A stretch of 64,000 nucleotides of DNA. It comes from Zancudomyces culisetae HAW-14-8 (lineage: Eukaryota > Fungi > Kickxellomycota). Both the position numbers and the translations under genes were made by a program. Below, one piece after another: positions 39,061 through 51,600 of the stretch (positions are counted from its first letter, which is position 1; each line of letters begins with the position of its first letter). Under the pieces are notes generated by a model. That model saw only the letters and a program-made list of their open reading frames with translations. It had not been told where the DNA came from and ran no database searches. Where the stretch lies: positions 5,175,358 to 5,239,357 of the forward strand of contig JBNJNM010000011.1 of assembly GCA_052426225.1 (NCBI GenBank), read 5' to 3'.

Positions 39061-42000
39061 TGATGCTGCTGCCACCCCGAAAATTATTCTTAGGAGTATT
39101 GAAACGGGGCTGCCTCTGCTCCTGGACCAGCTGTGGCTCTTTGAGCTGTGACTCTGTTTTATATACCGAAATTATACTAAGTAAAGTTAGTATTAACAAA
39201 TTAACACACAGTTAATTTATAAAAGCTATTATTAATAATTAGTATAAAACACACAGTAATACATGCAATAATACATGTTATTATCTTTATTATCGTTAAA
39301 TGTGATATACAAACAAATTTTACTTGTAAAGGTATATTATCTCCGTATATACAATTAAGCTTGTAATAATTATTTATATATAACTTAATCTAAAAAGCGT
39401 ATTATTTAATATACACAATATTAATGTTGATACGTTCATTATTGATTTTGAGTATCATTATTAATGTTATATACTAATACTTATTATTAATTAAATAATA
39501 TAAACTTGTAATACAATAATATATGAAACACAAGTATATCATTAATAAAATTAATATTATTGTATTTAATATACATATTGTTAAGATACATGTATATTCT
39601 AAAACAATGGTGGTGGTGGTGGCGTGGCCTACATTTTTGGAGGGGCCAAAATATTTGCCTATACTTTTGCCTACACTAGTGCCTACACTTTCGATTGCGA
39701 TGATGGTGGCAGTAAGGTCTGCATACTTTACGACGACAACATTTGAGATCTACAAATCCTGCATTATAGTTTGAAAGGTATACGTTCTTTGGGGCTAGTT
39801 CACCTTTTTTTTACATACCTTGTATTTGGCTAAGTTGGCCGTGTGGAGGTTAGTTTAACCTTTCATTTTTAATTATTTTAATTATTATTTTTAGTACATT
39901 ACCATTATGTGAAAAAAGTTTTTTAAAGATTTTAATTTGGCTAGATCACTATCTTGGGATTGAGCGGAAACTGATAAAAGTGCAACAAGGCACAAAGCTT
40001 TGATTTTAACCATCCTGTGCTGTTGTCTGGCTCTTTATTCCGTGTTAATTCTGTTTGTATAACCGAGCTCCTACAACTGCGTGACTAGCTAACTAGAAAA
40101 AACACAACGAATTGCTGTTAGATCTTGGCTGCCAGTACCTCTAAGTTTTTTATTTTGTATTCCTGTGCCTGAAGTTTTATTATGACATATAACACTACTA
40201 TATTTTATTACTGCTTCTTGCTTGTTAGCTATCTGAGAGTGCAACAAAATGATACTAAACTAAATCACGGTATTTTTGACATTTTTATATTTTTGTTAGA
40301 TAGAATTTTAAATCCATATTTTCTACAATATACAGCTCGCTTGTGGATAGTTGAGTTTAGTTGACCTTCTCTCTGATATTTACTTTTAACGTGAGTATTC
40401 CAGTTTTATTTTACTAATAAATAATTATTAAACTATGTACACTTTCTTCTATTTAACATTCTAGATCTTTTATAAACGTCATTTATGTTTATTAAAAGTT
40501 ACAATCAAATATACTTATTAAGAACTAGATCAAAAAAAAGTTAATTTATCGCACTGACAGGGATTTTATTTTAGTTCTAGCTAAAGTCATTAATTTATTA
40601 AAATTGAGCCCGATAAACTTAGCAAACCTGAACTTGATAATTTACTAGAGCCTAAAGAATATAATTGAATGTTAACTTTTATTTAGGAATAATGTGGGGT
40701 AATAATCATCTAGATCAATCACAATATTTACGATACTACAGCTATTGGTTTGGTGGTTATTTATTGAAATGTATGATCTCACACTCTCGCACTATTTGTT
40801 CATAAAAAGGTCACCTTTAATTTTTTTTGATAGAAATGTATAGTAAAAGCGTATAGGTGTTGAGATTTTAGAGTTTCGGAGATCATGAAGTTGAGCTGAA
40901 AAGATTTGTAAATATAACATGTCCGAGACTTGCCCTAAAAATTCTCACATTTTTTATGGCTTCATGAACGGAAGTTGACATATTTTTCCATATTTTTAAA
41001 CAAGATTCTCGTTATCTTTATTGGGTAATATTCTTTTTATTTTATTTAATGCTTTACGAGTTAAGAACAACTATAATTTGATATTTTGTTTAGCTTTTTA
41101 AATTCATAATAATATACTTTGATAAGTTGATAATAGTCCAGATTGTGCTAATAACTTTTTTTAATAAGTCAGTAATAACATTAATAAATAGTTGAAAATA
41201 TATTTTTATTCTCATACACCCAAGCTACAAAGTTGATGTATAAGCCTTTAGCGTTTTTCAAAACTTTCAAGCATACAACACTTTTTCTAAACATTTTTTT
41301 ATAAACAGGTATTTATTTTTGTCCTTGTAAGATTTTGAATTAAAACTAATATGAATCATCCATAATTTAAAACCATATTTTAGAATAACTACACTTAAAC
41401 ATTACCAATTATACAAAAAAACTGTATCATTTATGAATGTAGCGAAGGATATGACTATTTTTAAAATAAATAAAAAGAGAATAAAGTAAGTGGCTCTACA
41501 TTTGGTAAACAAAAAACACTTTATAAATAGATAATTAAAATATGCCAAATAAAATAGTAGTTTAAAAAGTCATGAATAGATGCCATCAATCTGTATCCTT
41601 CTTATCATTGTAAAACTAAGTATCGCAGGAATATGATACTATAATTGTTTCTGATTATTTACGCAATGATAATTGTTTAAACTTTATCCAACTAAACATA
41701 TTAAACTTGATGTATTAAATAGCTTATGAACACAAAATTGCACGGAATAAATCACATGTTAGGTGTAAAGAGATACATGTATTCTCGCACCGTTAGACAA
41801 TGCTTTTAAATCTCAAATTATTCATATTACGGGTATTTATTTATATGAGATAATTATGTGTCACATCTTTACCTCTTTAATTAGCACTGAAAACTATATT
41901 ATAAGTTTAAGATAAATGCTGAACATATTTATCAATCTATATTAAAACATTCAGTGTGATAATATATGTCAGACGGAATCCTTACACCTTTTATAAATAT

Positions 42001-42233
42001 ACATTGTTTCAAAATGTAAAATCTACTGGCTGTTAAATAATGCCTGGTCATACCCGATTTGAAGTTTATTTCTAGTAAAACCACTTTTCAACTCTGCTCA
42101 TAACATTTATATTTAATGTTGACGAACTTCACTGCACATTTTTTTTTGATGGATTTTGGCTCTAATATTTAAAAGATTTTCTATCTCTAAATCAAATATC
42201 CATACGTTAAAAATAGTCGAATATTGACTCGGA

Positions 42234-42641
42234 CTATGCTAGGAACCAAATCATAGAGTTTGCAGGGCCTCCAACATTGTCAGCTTCCACATCATATGGG
42301 TAAAGCCAGGCTTTTCTACTTATAGTTGTACACTTTCCACTACAGTCATTACTGTGGCATAGTGCAGCCCATCCGCGCCCTGGTTGTCCATCGTCAAATC
42401 GAAGTGATAGGGCACTTGGTAATGAAACACATCTGTTTGGTCTTATATTTAGGGTTTCACCTGGACTTTGGAGATTTTTCTCTTTGAACACTTCGACCTT
42501 CATTCTAGCGCTGCGATTTCGACAAGAACAAAGTCTGTTTGGTCCAATTGGGTATCTATTGTGTTGGCGTAAAGACAAGTCACCCATGCTGTTTGCAATG
42601 GTTAGTCCCAAAGCTGCTGTTCCGATTATAATGGTCTTCAT
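42234..42641 (-). CDS. Small secreted Cys-rich crystallin-fold-like protein, paralog 5
   Basis: Signal peptide, VEVFKEKNL..PNRCV..GQPGRGWAALCHSNDCSGKC..GGPANSMIW. Closest to paralog 4. Confidence 0.85.
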   Translation of the reverse strand: MKTIIIGTAALGLTIANSMGDLSLRQHNRYPIGPNRLCSCRNRSARMKVEVFKEKNLQSPGETLNIRPNRCVSLPSALSLRFDDGQPGRGWAALCHSNDCSGKCTTISRKAWLYPYDVEADNVGGPANSMIWFLA

Positions 42642-44210
42642 TTTGTCAGTTAATAATTATAATCTGGTAGATATTTGAATTGTTATTCTTCTTAATTTTT
42701 AAAATATTCTCCAAACCAGCTGGATTTATATACTTTTTTGTTTTGAACAAGTCTAGAGTATAAATCAAAGTATAATGTGTAGAGACGAGTGTTGTAAAAG
42801 TAAAATTAAAAGCTATTTTGTTAATTTTGTCAAAACAATAAATTATGATCTACTGCGTTTTAAAACAGTCAATCAACCTTTGGCGAATGTTGAGAAATTA
42901 CTAGTTGAAAAGGATGTAGTGTACATGGTGCATAACTCTAAGTGTTAAGTCGCTATACGAATATCATATGACTAGATTATCAATTCTAATATATTTATTG
43001 TACTTTATGATATGCTAACCTGTTAGGTTTTAAGAGCTATCATATTGAAAAAATAGTAACAAATCGTTTATGACATGTAGTTAGTTAGCACTTAGTGGAG
43101 ATCAAACTTTGAGAATTGATTAACAGATTGCTGTGCAGCTCAATTTAAGCAAAAAACATTGCTGTACATATTTCAACTATTTGAGGGTGTTTCATAAAAA
43201 TAGTAATAAAGATCCTCTTTAGCTAAAGTAGCACACACTCCAGAACAAAAAATTCAATACAAAAAACACTAGAACAATAGTTGTGTAAAGTTGCATTATA
43301 AGCTACCATTCATTCATTTTTAGTTTTTTTGATCAATCAAATTTATAGGCTTATTATAGCTAAGTGAAGTAGGCTAGACGTAAATTACACAAATTCATGT
43401 TATCCATTCAAAATAAATGTAGTCAGGCTATAGTTGTAGCATAAATAGAATAGCTGTGTATAATGATAGAATGAGAAAAATTAAAGTTATGCTATGAAAA
43501 ATAGTGAAAATAATGTTATGGAACTAATCTGCATATAATCTTCAATTCTCTTTTTTTGGTTTGAATATTTGAATATTTGAATATTTGATTTACACTCAAT
43601 AACACGCTTGAAACTTTAATGCTAAAATGTGATGTGTTTTTATGCCAAGTCAATAATTCTCAGTTATGCTTATTGTAGTATATAGCAACTAAACTTTTTG
43701 TAAATGTTTGTATTAGACCATACTAGATTGTAAACTGCTATACTTCTTTTTGCAAGTAAATCGTAATTAAAAACCTTAACTAAATATACTAAAGTACACG
43801 TATATAAGTAATATTCAATAAGCCTGTTAAGAAAAATACACATTAAATTGTTGCATATTTTAAGCAGGAATTTGGTATTTCACAAAGCCTGAATCAAATA
43901 TGCTTCAACTATAGTTCAAAAGTATGTACAGAATATTCCACAAAAGAATGGCTGTTGAACAATAACACAAAATTAAAACACGAACAGAATATGATATAGA
44001 TATTTCACGCATTAATTGGGTGAAGGAATAGGTATCTTCATAACCAAAATCATATCACAAAATTTCAAGAATTATAGCTTTTAGGATTTCATTCCTTTTA
44101 GGCAGTTAAATTGGACTAAGATATATTTTTTTAGGGCAAGGAATAAAGGTGAGTGTATATTTTACTATGCGGATATTTATTTCATAACGTACCCTCTGTT
44201 GTGTGTATCC

Positions 44211-44900
44211 TGTCGGACAAAACCGGGCGGGTCACGTTCCTTGGTCGGGTTTCTCATGCTAAGGAACTGTAGCTGCGCATGCTTTTGAACAAAAGCAAAT
44301 GGATCATGTGACTCGGTATGATCCAACTCCATAGAGGTGGCTCCGGAACGGTCGCTGTCCGGAGAGTAACGACCCTCATCCTTGAACTGTTGGATGATGG
44401 CTGCACGTAGTTGCTGCATGAGACCTGACTTGAGATTTTTGTAATTTTAAACTTTTACCATTTACCATTTACTATTTAAACTTTTAGCCGAAGCACTATT
44501 TTATTATTACTATATAACGACTTTTAAATAAAGTTGACCTAAACAAAATTCTTCTTGTTAATGTCTTTATTTCCTGAAGTTACTAATACGTTTTAATCTA
44601 CTAAAAGAGCTAAAGAAACTCAACGTGAGTTATTTTAAAAATATATATAATATTTATTTAATTAAAATAAATGCCTATTTCTTATACGCTTAATTTGGTT
44701 AATCGCTAACTTATTTCTTCATCCATATTTGGTCGCATTGTTCATACTCGTATTTAGACTTTTATGATGATTAATACATTCTAATATTAATAAATTCTTT
44801 ATATGGTATTATTTCAATTATGATTTTTTCTTGAAATTTTGATCATAATATTTCCGACATTTAGTTATCAGAAATTTAATTCATATTTTTGAATGTTAAA
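44211..44900 (-). mobile_element. Third copy of the ORF-carrying LTR family
   Basis: 44211-44430 encodes MQQLRAAIIQQFKDEGRYS..MRNPTKERDPPGFVR and ends GTCCGACA. AT-rich 44431-44900 aligns with 29657-30135. Confidence 0.7.
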
Positions 44901-45231
44901 ATAATATTATAAATATAATTTTTTATTAGTCAATTTTATACAGGGTCTCAAACTGTTTCAATGTTTGATAAAGAATGTTCTATTGAAATTTTAATACCAA
45001 TATTATACATAGATTCTTAGTTTTTACATTTTAATTATATAATAGTAGCGCATTTACAACAATTTATTTATTTTGATTTGCTAAAAAACCAGCGAGAAAA
45101 TTAAATTATAAAAATTAAACATTGAAACGGTTGTAAGACTTTTAAAATTAATTTTAAATTCACATAAAACTTGGAACACATTTGTATTAAATTATATAAG
45201 TACAATCTTAAAATAATACATTATGAAAAAG

Positions 45232-45410
45232 TGTCATGATCCAATCATGACATTTTGGGGAAACCCAAAATTATTTCGTTTTTGGGGCAAAACAAAAACG
45301 AAATTAATTTTGGGAAAAAACCAAAATACAATTAAATTAGGGTAAAATCAAAATTAACCACATTTTGAGAAATGGAAATTATCCACATTTTGGGTAAATC
45401 AAAATTGGTA
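45232..45410. repeat. Degenerate tandem array of TTTTGGG..AAA.CAAAA hairpin units
   Basis: About five or six imperfect units of roughly 25-30 bp, preceded by the palindrome TGTCATGAT-CCA-ATCATGACA. Confidence 0.45.
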
Positions 45411-45523
45411 CACATTCTTTTTCAATTTCCCAACCCCCAACTCATTATTAAATTACATTTAATATCGAGTTTTGCTGTTTGTTCATGCCTAGTTATTTAT
45501 TGTAGTTAAATTATATTTGAATA

Positions 45524-46888
45524 TAAAGTGAGTTTTAAAACTATAAATACTTAGTGATTTTATTGTAAAGATCTTTAGCAATAAAATAACTACTTCTTTA
45601 ACTATAGTTTTCGACAATAAATTAAATAATAATATCACTCAGTTGTCAAGTCCTGACAAAAAGTTATCTAGCCAGAAGTATGGCAAAATCCAAAATGCTA
45701 TATTTGAGGGCAAAATTTATAGCCAGAACTCAATATCATGTGGAGTCAGCAAGTCATCGATTTCAAGAATTAAAGCTAATTGAGGAATAATATCACGGCT
45801 AACTCAGGATGTCGTCCAGCAAAGCTTTCACCGCTAAACAAGCGAATGTGTACTAGAATGGTATTATCTGGAGAGTATCAATCTGCTACTTCGATCAAAA
45901 GAAGTTAGAAATGGATAACATTGTTAGTGCTAGTAAGGCTACAATACATAGGGCTATCAATGAACTAATAGCTGTTGCAAAAAAATAACCTCCAAACCGA
46001 AACTGAGCCTTAAAAATATTGCAAAAAGGTTGAGATTCGCAAAATCTCATCGCCACTGGACTACTGATGATTGGAGACGAGTAATTTGGTCCGACAAAAC
46101 TAAAATCAATTGATTTGGATCTGATGGAAATGAATGGACTTGGGTTCGTGATGGTGTGAGTCTACAGCCGCACAATATTAACCAGACCGTAAAACACGGT
46201 GGAGGATCATTAATGATTTGGGGATGCATCACAGCATTTGGAATTGGCTACGTGTGCCGAATAGTAGGAATGTTAAACAAGGAAGGTTTTTTAAACATTT
46301 TTAAAGACGAGCTTAGCAATACAATAAAGTACTACAAGTTGGATCCCAATTCAATAATATTTCAACAAGACAATGATCCTAAACATACCTCAAAGTTAGT
46401 TACCAGCTGGCTTATAAACCAGGAATATAATACATTGGACTGGCCGCCACAATCTCCAGACTTAAACCCAATCGAAACTATATGGGCAATCATCAAAAGA
46501 CGCCTAAATAGATACAGTAAACCTCCGATCGGGATGATCGAATTATGGGAGCGAATAGAAACGGAATGGAATTTAATTTCAGTGGAAACAATACTTGGTC
46601 TTATAGATAGTATGCCCAAAAGAGATGAGGCAGTTATCAAGTCTAAAGGAAGGTGGACAGAATTTTAAAGTTATTTTTTGAAAAATTCCCAAAATAGTCT
46701 CATTTTAAATTAATTTTCAATTTTAATTTCATAATGATTTTTAAACCTATAAAATTTTATTAATTACTAATTTAAATAGCATATGCGTTATGTATAAAAT
46801 GAATAGTAACACTGGATATTATTGAGCGAGAAATTACACTTTGCAAATTATTTTCAATATTTTGAGACATTTTTGAAACTCACTGTAT
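45524..46888 (+). mobile_element. Tc1-family (DD34E) DNA transposon relic; transposase pseudogene ~45643-46668
   Basis: HTH GVSKSSISRI, RPAKLS, VIWSD, TVKHGGGSLMIWGC, QDNDPKH and WPPQSPDLNPIE (34 residues between D and E), with stops and frameshifts. Right end ..GAAACTCACTG-TA at 46886-46888. The left TIR is uncertain (45524 or 44939). Confidence 0.82.
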
Positions 46889-47588
46889 ACAAAGTTATAT
46901 ATTGACTTAAAAGTCCTATGTTGTTGCAAAGTAATAATTATGTATCTATGGTTTAATAAAAGGTCTGCAGATTTCGTTTCTAGTTCAATTTATTGTTCCT
47001 CTTCAGTGTGTTATGAATTAGTAATGTAAAATATTTTTTAATAAACTCAAATTATGATTGTAGATTGTAATTGTATTATCATAACGGTCACTTGTAAATA
47101 TAATTGAATTTAATATTTTAATATGTGCATATTTTATATTAATTTTTGCTTATTGCTACTTTATAACAATATATTAATGTTGTGGGTTGAATCTGATTAT
47201 TATTGTTATATACTTTATGTTTTAGAAATATGAATAACCATGTATTGTTCTTCGTTGGTAGTTACATATTTATCTATTCGAAGCTGCTTTAAAAAGTTAA
47301 TTTATTATTTATCTAATAATAGGTGTAGAAAGCTATATCTATTAAACTATTATTAAAATATTTAAAAATATTAAAGTTACTTAGTCAGCAGTTTGATATC
47401 GAACTTTGATTTATGAAAAGTATATTAATAAATATTAATTCTAGTAAAGATAATGATTATTTTCACTAATTAAGGTATTTGGTATAAATAGCATAATTTT
47501 TCTTAGTTGGTATCTGAAAATATTATTACAAATATAGATTAAAATTGAGATAGTCAAACATAGTGCTAAGTATGTTTGTGATTAGGTT

Positions 47589-48092
47589 GGTAATTTGAAT
47601 TTCCAAAATTATTATACAGAGTTTGTGAGGTTGATTTAAAGTTCTTCCGATTCATCGGAAAATTACCTTGAATACCGACTTTCCGTGTTGGAGCATCTAT
47701 AGTGATAGGATTGGGGCTGGGTTTTAATCAGCCCTATAAATATCCTTGATATATTCGTCTTGGGCTTTATTTAGCCCAAATTTTAGTAGGTAATCACCAA
47801 GTTTCGGTGATTTTTTACAAGCAATAATAAATCTTAAATTGTTACTTAGAGCAGTTTTGGATGCGTTTAGTTCATGTATGAATCTTTGTAATATTTGGTA
47901 GTTTGAATGTTTGTTATAGAATATTACTAATGGAACAATGTTTTTAGAAGGTTTATTGGTCGTTTTTAGCAATATTTTTCTAACATCGTATGCGTTTTTA
48001 ATGAATATGTCATTTATGAATTTTATGTTATATCATCGTGCTAGTAGTCGTTCTTTTAATAATTATCGAACATCAACAAAGTCATTATAAAC
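47589..48092 (-). mobile_element. Penelope-like element, 3' segment (RT C-terminus and 3' UTR)
   Basis: LKERLLAR*YN and IVPLVIFYN...FIIACKKSPKLGDYL, then a stop at 47724. Continues across the gypsy TSD into 53692 onward. Confidence 0.65.
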
Positions 48093-48213
48093 TGTCAGGA
48101 AACTAATTTATTTAAGTTGGGAAACTTAATGTTCCCAAGTTAGGATTCAAAGGTAATTAAATATGATTAAAAATAAATATTAAAACTTATGGGTAAATAA
48201 TGCGATTCTGACA
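48093..48213 (-). repeat. 3' LTR
   Basis: Identical to 53566-53686. Confidence 0.95.
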
Positions 48214-48272
48214 TTATCCCCCCTTCAAAGAATATTTTAAATATATAAAAATAATATCTTGGACAAAAATGT

Positions 48273-48546
48273 GAGCTTATAGTCGAGTGGCTAAGGCGTC
48301 GAACTTGTATTCTGCAGGACCCTGGTTCGATCCTTCGCTGTAAGACCGTAATTGGGAAGTAATTAGCTGTAGAGTGGATGTGATGTTTCACGGGGCCAAT
48401 GTGCGCGATAACGTCCTTCGGGACTAGTACCGGACCGTTTCACCTCTCCGATAACTCCTTCGGGATCTCGAGCAGTTAATTCGAATCACGTGATCGTGTG
48501 GCCCAAGACGTTAGCGCCCTCCTAAGTTCATTCTTTATTATTTTTT
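48273..48546 (+). ncRNA. Putative Pol III transcript: tRNA-derived head plus structured tail, antisense within the retrotransposon 3' UTR
   Basis: A-box TAGTCGAGTGG at 48280-48290 and B-box GGTTCGATCC at 48324-48333 are at tRNA spacing. Two cUUCGg hairpins, a long closing stem, and the first T4+ run is T6 at 48541. Confidence 0.6.
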
Positions 48547-48653
48547 CTTTTATAATTTTTTATGCTTTTTAGTTGTTTTTAGGTTGTTTTTATAGTTTTT
48601 ATAGATAAGTATTTTGGTATAATGTTGATTAAATAATAAATATATTGTTGCTC

Positions 48654-51600
48654 TTATGGTTTGTTGGGATATGTCTTATAGTATTTTTTCAATAGTTGAG
48701 GCGCGTTTATGTTTTCAATCGGCTCCCAGCTCCTTTCACTTATGTCAAAGCCTTTCCAATCAACCAAGCAATATTTTTTACCCCTAACAAGCTTAGAGTC
48801 CAAAATAGCCTTAACTTCATATTCTTTATTTCCATTTATGATTAGAGGTGGAGGAGGACTGTTTATTAATCTGCGGTTACTGCTGGGTTCGATATACGGT
48901 TCCAATAACGAGACATGAAAAGTGTTATGGATTTTCATTGATGGCGGGAGGTCTAAACGGACAGAAACAGGATTGATAATTTTAGAGATGGTGAAAGGGC
49001 CTAGAAGTCTATGGTCAAGCTTTTTAGAAGGCCTTTGAGTTTTGATATTTTGGCTGGATAGCCAAACCTTGTCACCTAGTTTATACTTTGGATGTTCAAG
49101 TCGGTTTACATCAGCATACTTTTTATATTCCTGAGATTTCTTGTTAAGTATGGAAGTGAGGGCTGATTGAAGTTCTTTAAGTTGTTTTATCCTATCAGAA
49201 GCGCTGGGAACTTGAACATTTTTAGTGATTTGAGGATCAAATCTTGGATGATAACCATATAGAGCAAAGAAAGGAGAAGTATTAGTGCTGGAGTGGAGAG
49301 TGTTGTTATAAGCAAATTCGGCAATTGGGAGCAGTCCAAACCAATTATCTTGCTGATAGTTGATGAAACAGCGTAGATACTGTTCCAATGTTTGATTCAC
49401 CCGCTCCGTTTGACCGTCTGTCTCTGGATGGAAGGCTGTAGACATTCTAGTATCAACTTTGAGCAGTTTGAATAGTGAACTCCAAAATTTGGACGAGAAT
49501 TGGGTTCCACGGTCTGAGATTATGACGTCTGGAAGTCCATGAAGCTTGAATACATGTGTGAAAAAGGCGGAGGCAGTTTCTTCTGAGGATGGCAGCTTCT
49601 TAAGCGGGATGAAATGGCTCATTTTAGTGAACCTGTCTACAACTACCATAATAGTAGTGTGCTTGTTGGATGGAGGAAGATCAGTTATGAAATCCATGGT
49701 AATAGATTTCCATGGGCCTGAAGGAGCGGGTAGCGGAAGTAGTTTACCGTAAACTTTGTGTCTTCTGTCCTTTGATCTATTGCATGTATCACAGGTTTGA
49801 ACAAACTCTTTAATAAATTTGCGCATTCCTGGAAACCAAAAGTCTCGTTCCACGAGCTCCAATGTCTTCTTAGCACCAAAATGGCCGGCTGGGCCACTGT
49901 CATGTCTAGAACTTACAACTTGCGGCTTCATTTTGTCGGGGACGACAACACGGTTTCCAAGCATTACAATCCCATCTTCAACTTCTACTGGCTCGTTAGA
50001 CTTATGGCTGCTCTGGTATCTTGCGGCATCCAATAATCCTTCTAGATGGGCTTTGCTGGATTTGGCGATTTCTTGAGCAAAATCACTGTCCACTATGCTG
50101 ATAATGTCTATGAAGTGGTCTTCACCTATGATGTTGTTGTTGGCGACCTTATCAGGTGTGTGATTGGGCAAACGAGAAAGAGCGTCAGGTTTGCCTCCTT
50201 GGGATCCAGGCCTGTAGGTTATGATGAAGCTGAATCTACTGAGATCAAGAGACCACCTTGCGTGTCTTCTGTTGAGTGACTTCAGATTTTTAAAGGTCTC
50301 CAGATTCTTATGGTCAGTAAGAATCTTGAACGGGATGGAGGAGCCTTCCAGCTGATGTCGCCATTCTTTGAGAGCCTTGATGATTGCCAAAAGTTCCTTG
50401 TCATAGATATTATAGTTGGATTCGGCAGTGTTGAGTTTGTAAGAGTAGTAGGCACAAGGACGGAGATCACCGTTTTCATCTTCTTGGGACAGAGCAGCCC
50501 CAATGGCGTAGTCTGACGCGTCAGTTTCCAGAATAAACTGTTTTCCTGGGTCAGGGTATCTAAGAACGGGGGAAGTGGTGAGATCCTGGATAAGAGTATT
50601 AAAGGCTTCACCTGCCTCCTTACTCCAAACGAACGGTGTATCCTTTTTCAGAAGTCTTGTGATTGGCAGGGCTTTCAGTGAGAAGTATGGGATAAACTTT
50701 CGGTAGTAATTGGCAAAACCGAGAAACTTCTGGACCTCCTTGACATTGGTGGGTGGTAGCCATTCCTTTACACATTTGACTTTAGCAGGATCGGTGGCTA
50801 TTCCATCTGAAGACACAACATGGCCTAGAAATTCAACTTCCCTGATATGGAAGTGACATTTTTCGGCGTTACAGTACAGACCATTTTCAAGCAGCTTTTT
50901 CAGAACAGATTTCACATGATTGATGTGAGTGTCAGTGTCATTGGAAAATATCAAGATGTCGTCAAGGTATGCAATTGCATAGAGATCCAATACATCTCGT
51001 AACACATCATTGATAAAGTGCTGAAAGGTGGCGGGAGCATTTGTCAAGCCAAATGGCATGACCTGGTACTCAAAGTGGCCATATCTGCACCTAAATGCAG
51101 TTTTCCACTCGTCACCTTCCTTGATCCGCACCAAGTTGTAGGCACCTTTGAGATCCAATTTTGTAAAGACCTTGGCTGTACGCAGCCGATCGAACGCCTC
51201 ATCAATCCTAGGTAATGGGTACCTATTCTTGATGGTAGCTTCGTTCAATCGGCGGTAGTCAACACAAAGGCGCAAGTCTCCAGACTTCTTCTTTACAAAC
51301 ATGATTGGTGCACCGGCAGGGGAAACAGAGCGTCTGATGAAGCCATTGGTGAGGTTTTCACGGATGTAGCCTCTTAGAGACTCTAACTCTACTTCAGATA
51401 GCGGGTATATTGGCCCCCAGTATGGGGTGTAACCCTCTTTGGTGTTGACAGGACAGTCATAACGGCGGTGAGGAGGAAGTGAAACGGCAGACTTGGGATT
51501 GAACACTTCCTTGAATTCAGAGTATATTACTGGAAGTTGCGGAAATTCTTCCAAGTACTCTAGTGGGGACTCAGAAACGGCAAAAGTTACAGGATCTGGA

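Larger units (their letters stand above)
35758..39160 (-). mobile_element. DIRS1-like tyrosine-recombinase retrotransposon, 5'-truncated and frameshifted
   Basis: RT (IDLSDAFLH, SYLDDFL), RNase H (VYTDAS, INAKELLAI, DNNTS, NPADAPS), methyltransferase-like domain (INAF..W..PYMCPPWNLI) and YR (GFLRPSD, KEKR, RAH..W.S..F..YY). Internal complementary region 36119-36182 is an inverted copy of terminal 35758-35820. Gag is mostly absent. Confidence 0.9.

Noticed and set aside
39608-39700. GTGGCGTGGCC..GGAGGGGCC plus TGCCTACACT repeats as a hAT-like end
   Set aside because: No matching second terminus or TSD found.
48273-48345. Functional tRNA gene (Thr-TGT-like loop)
   Set aside because: The acceptor, anticodon and T stems do not pair in register, so it is kept only as a tRNA-derived head.
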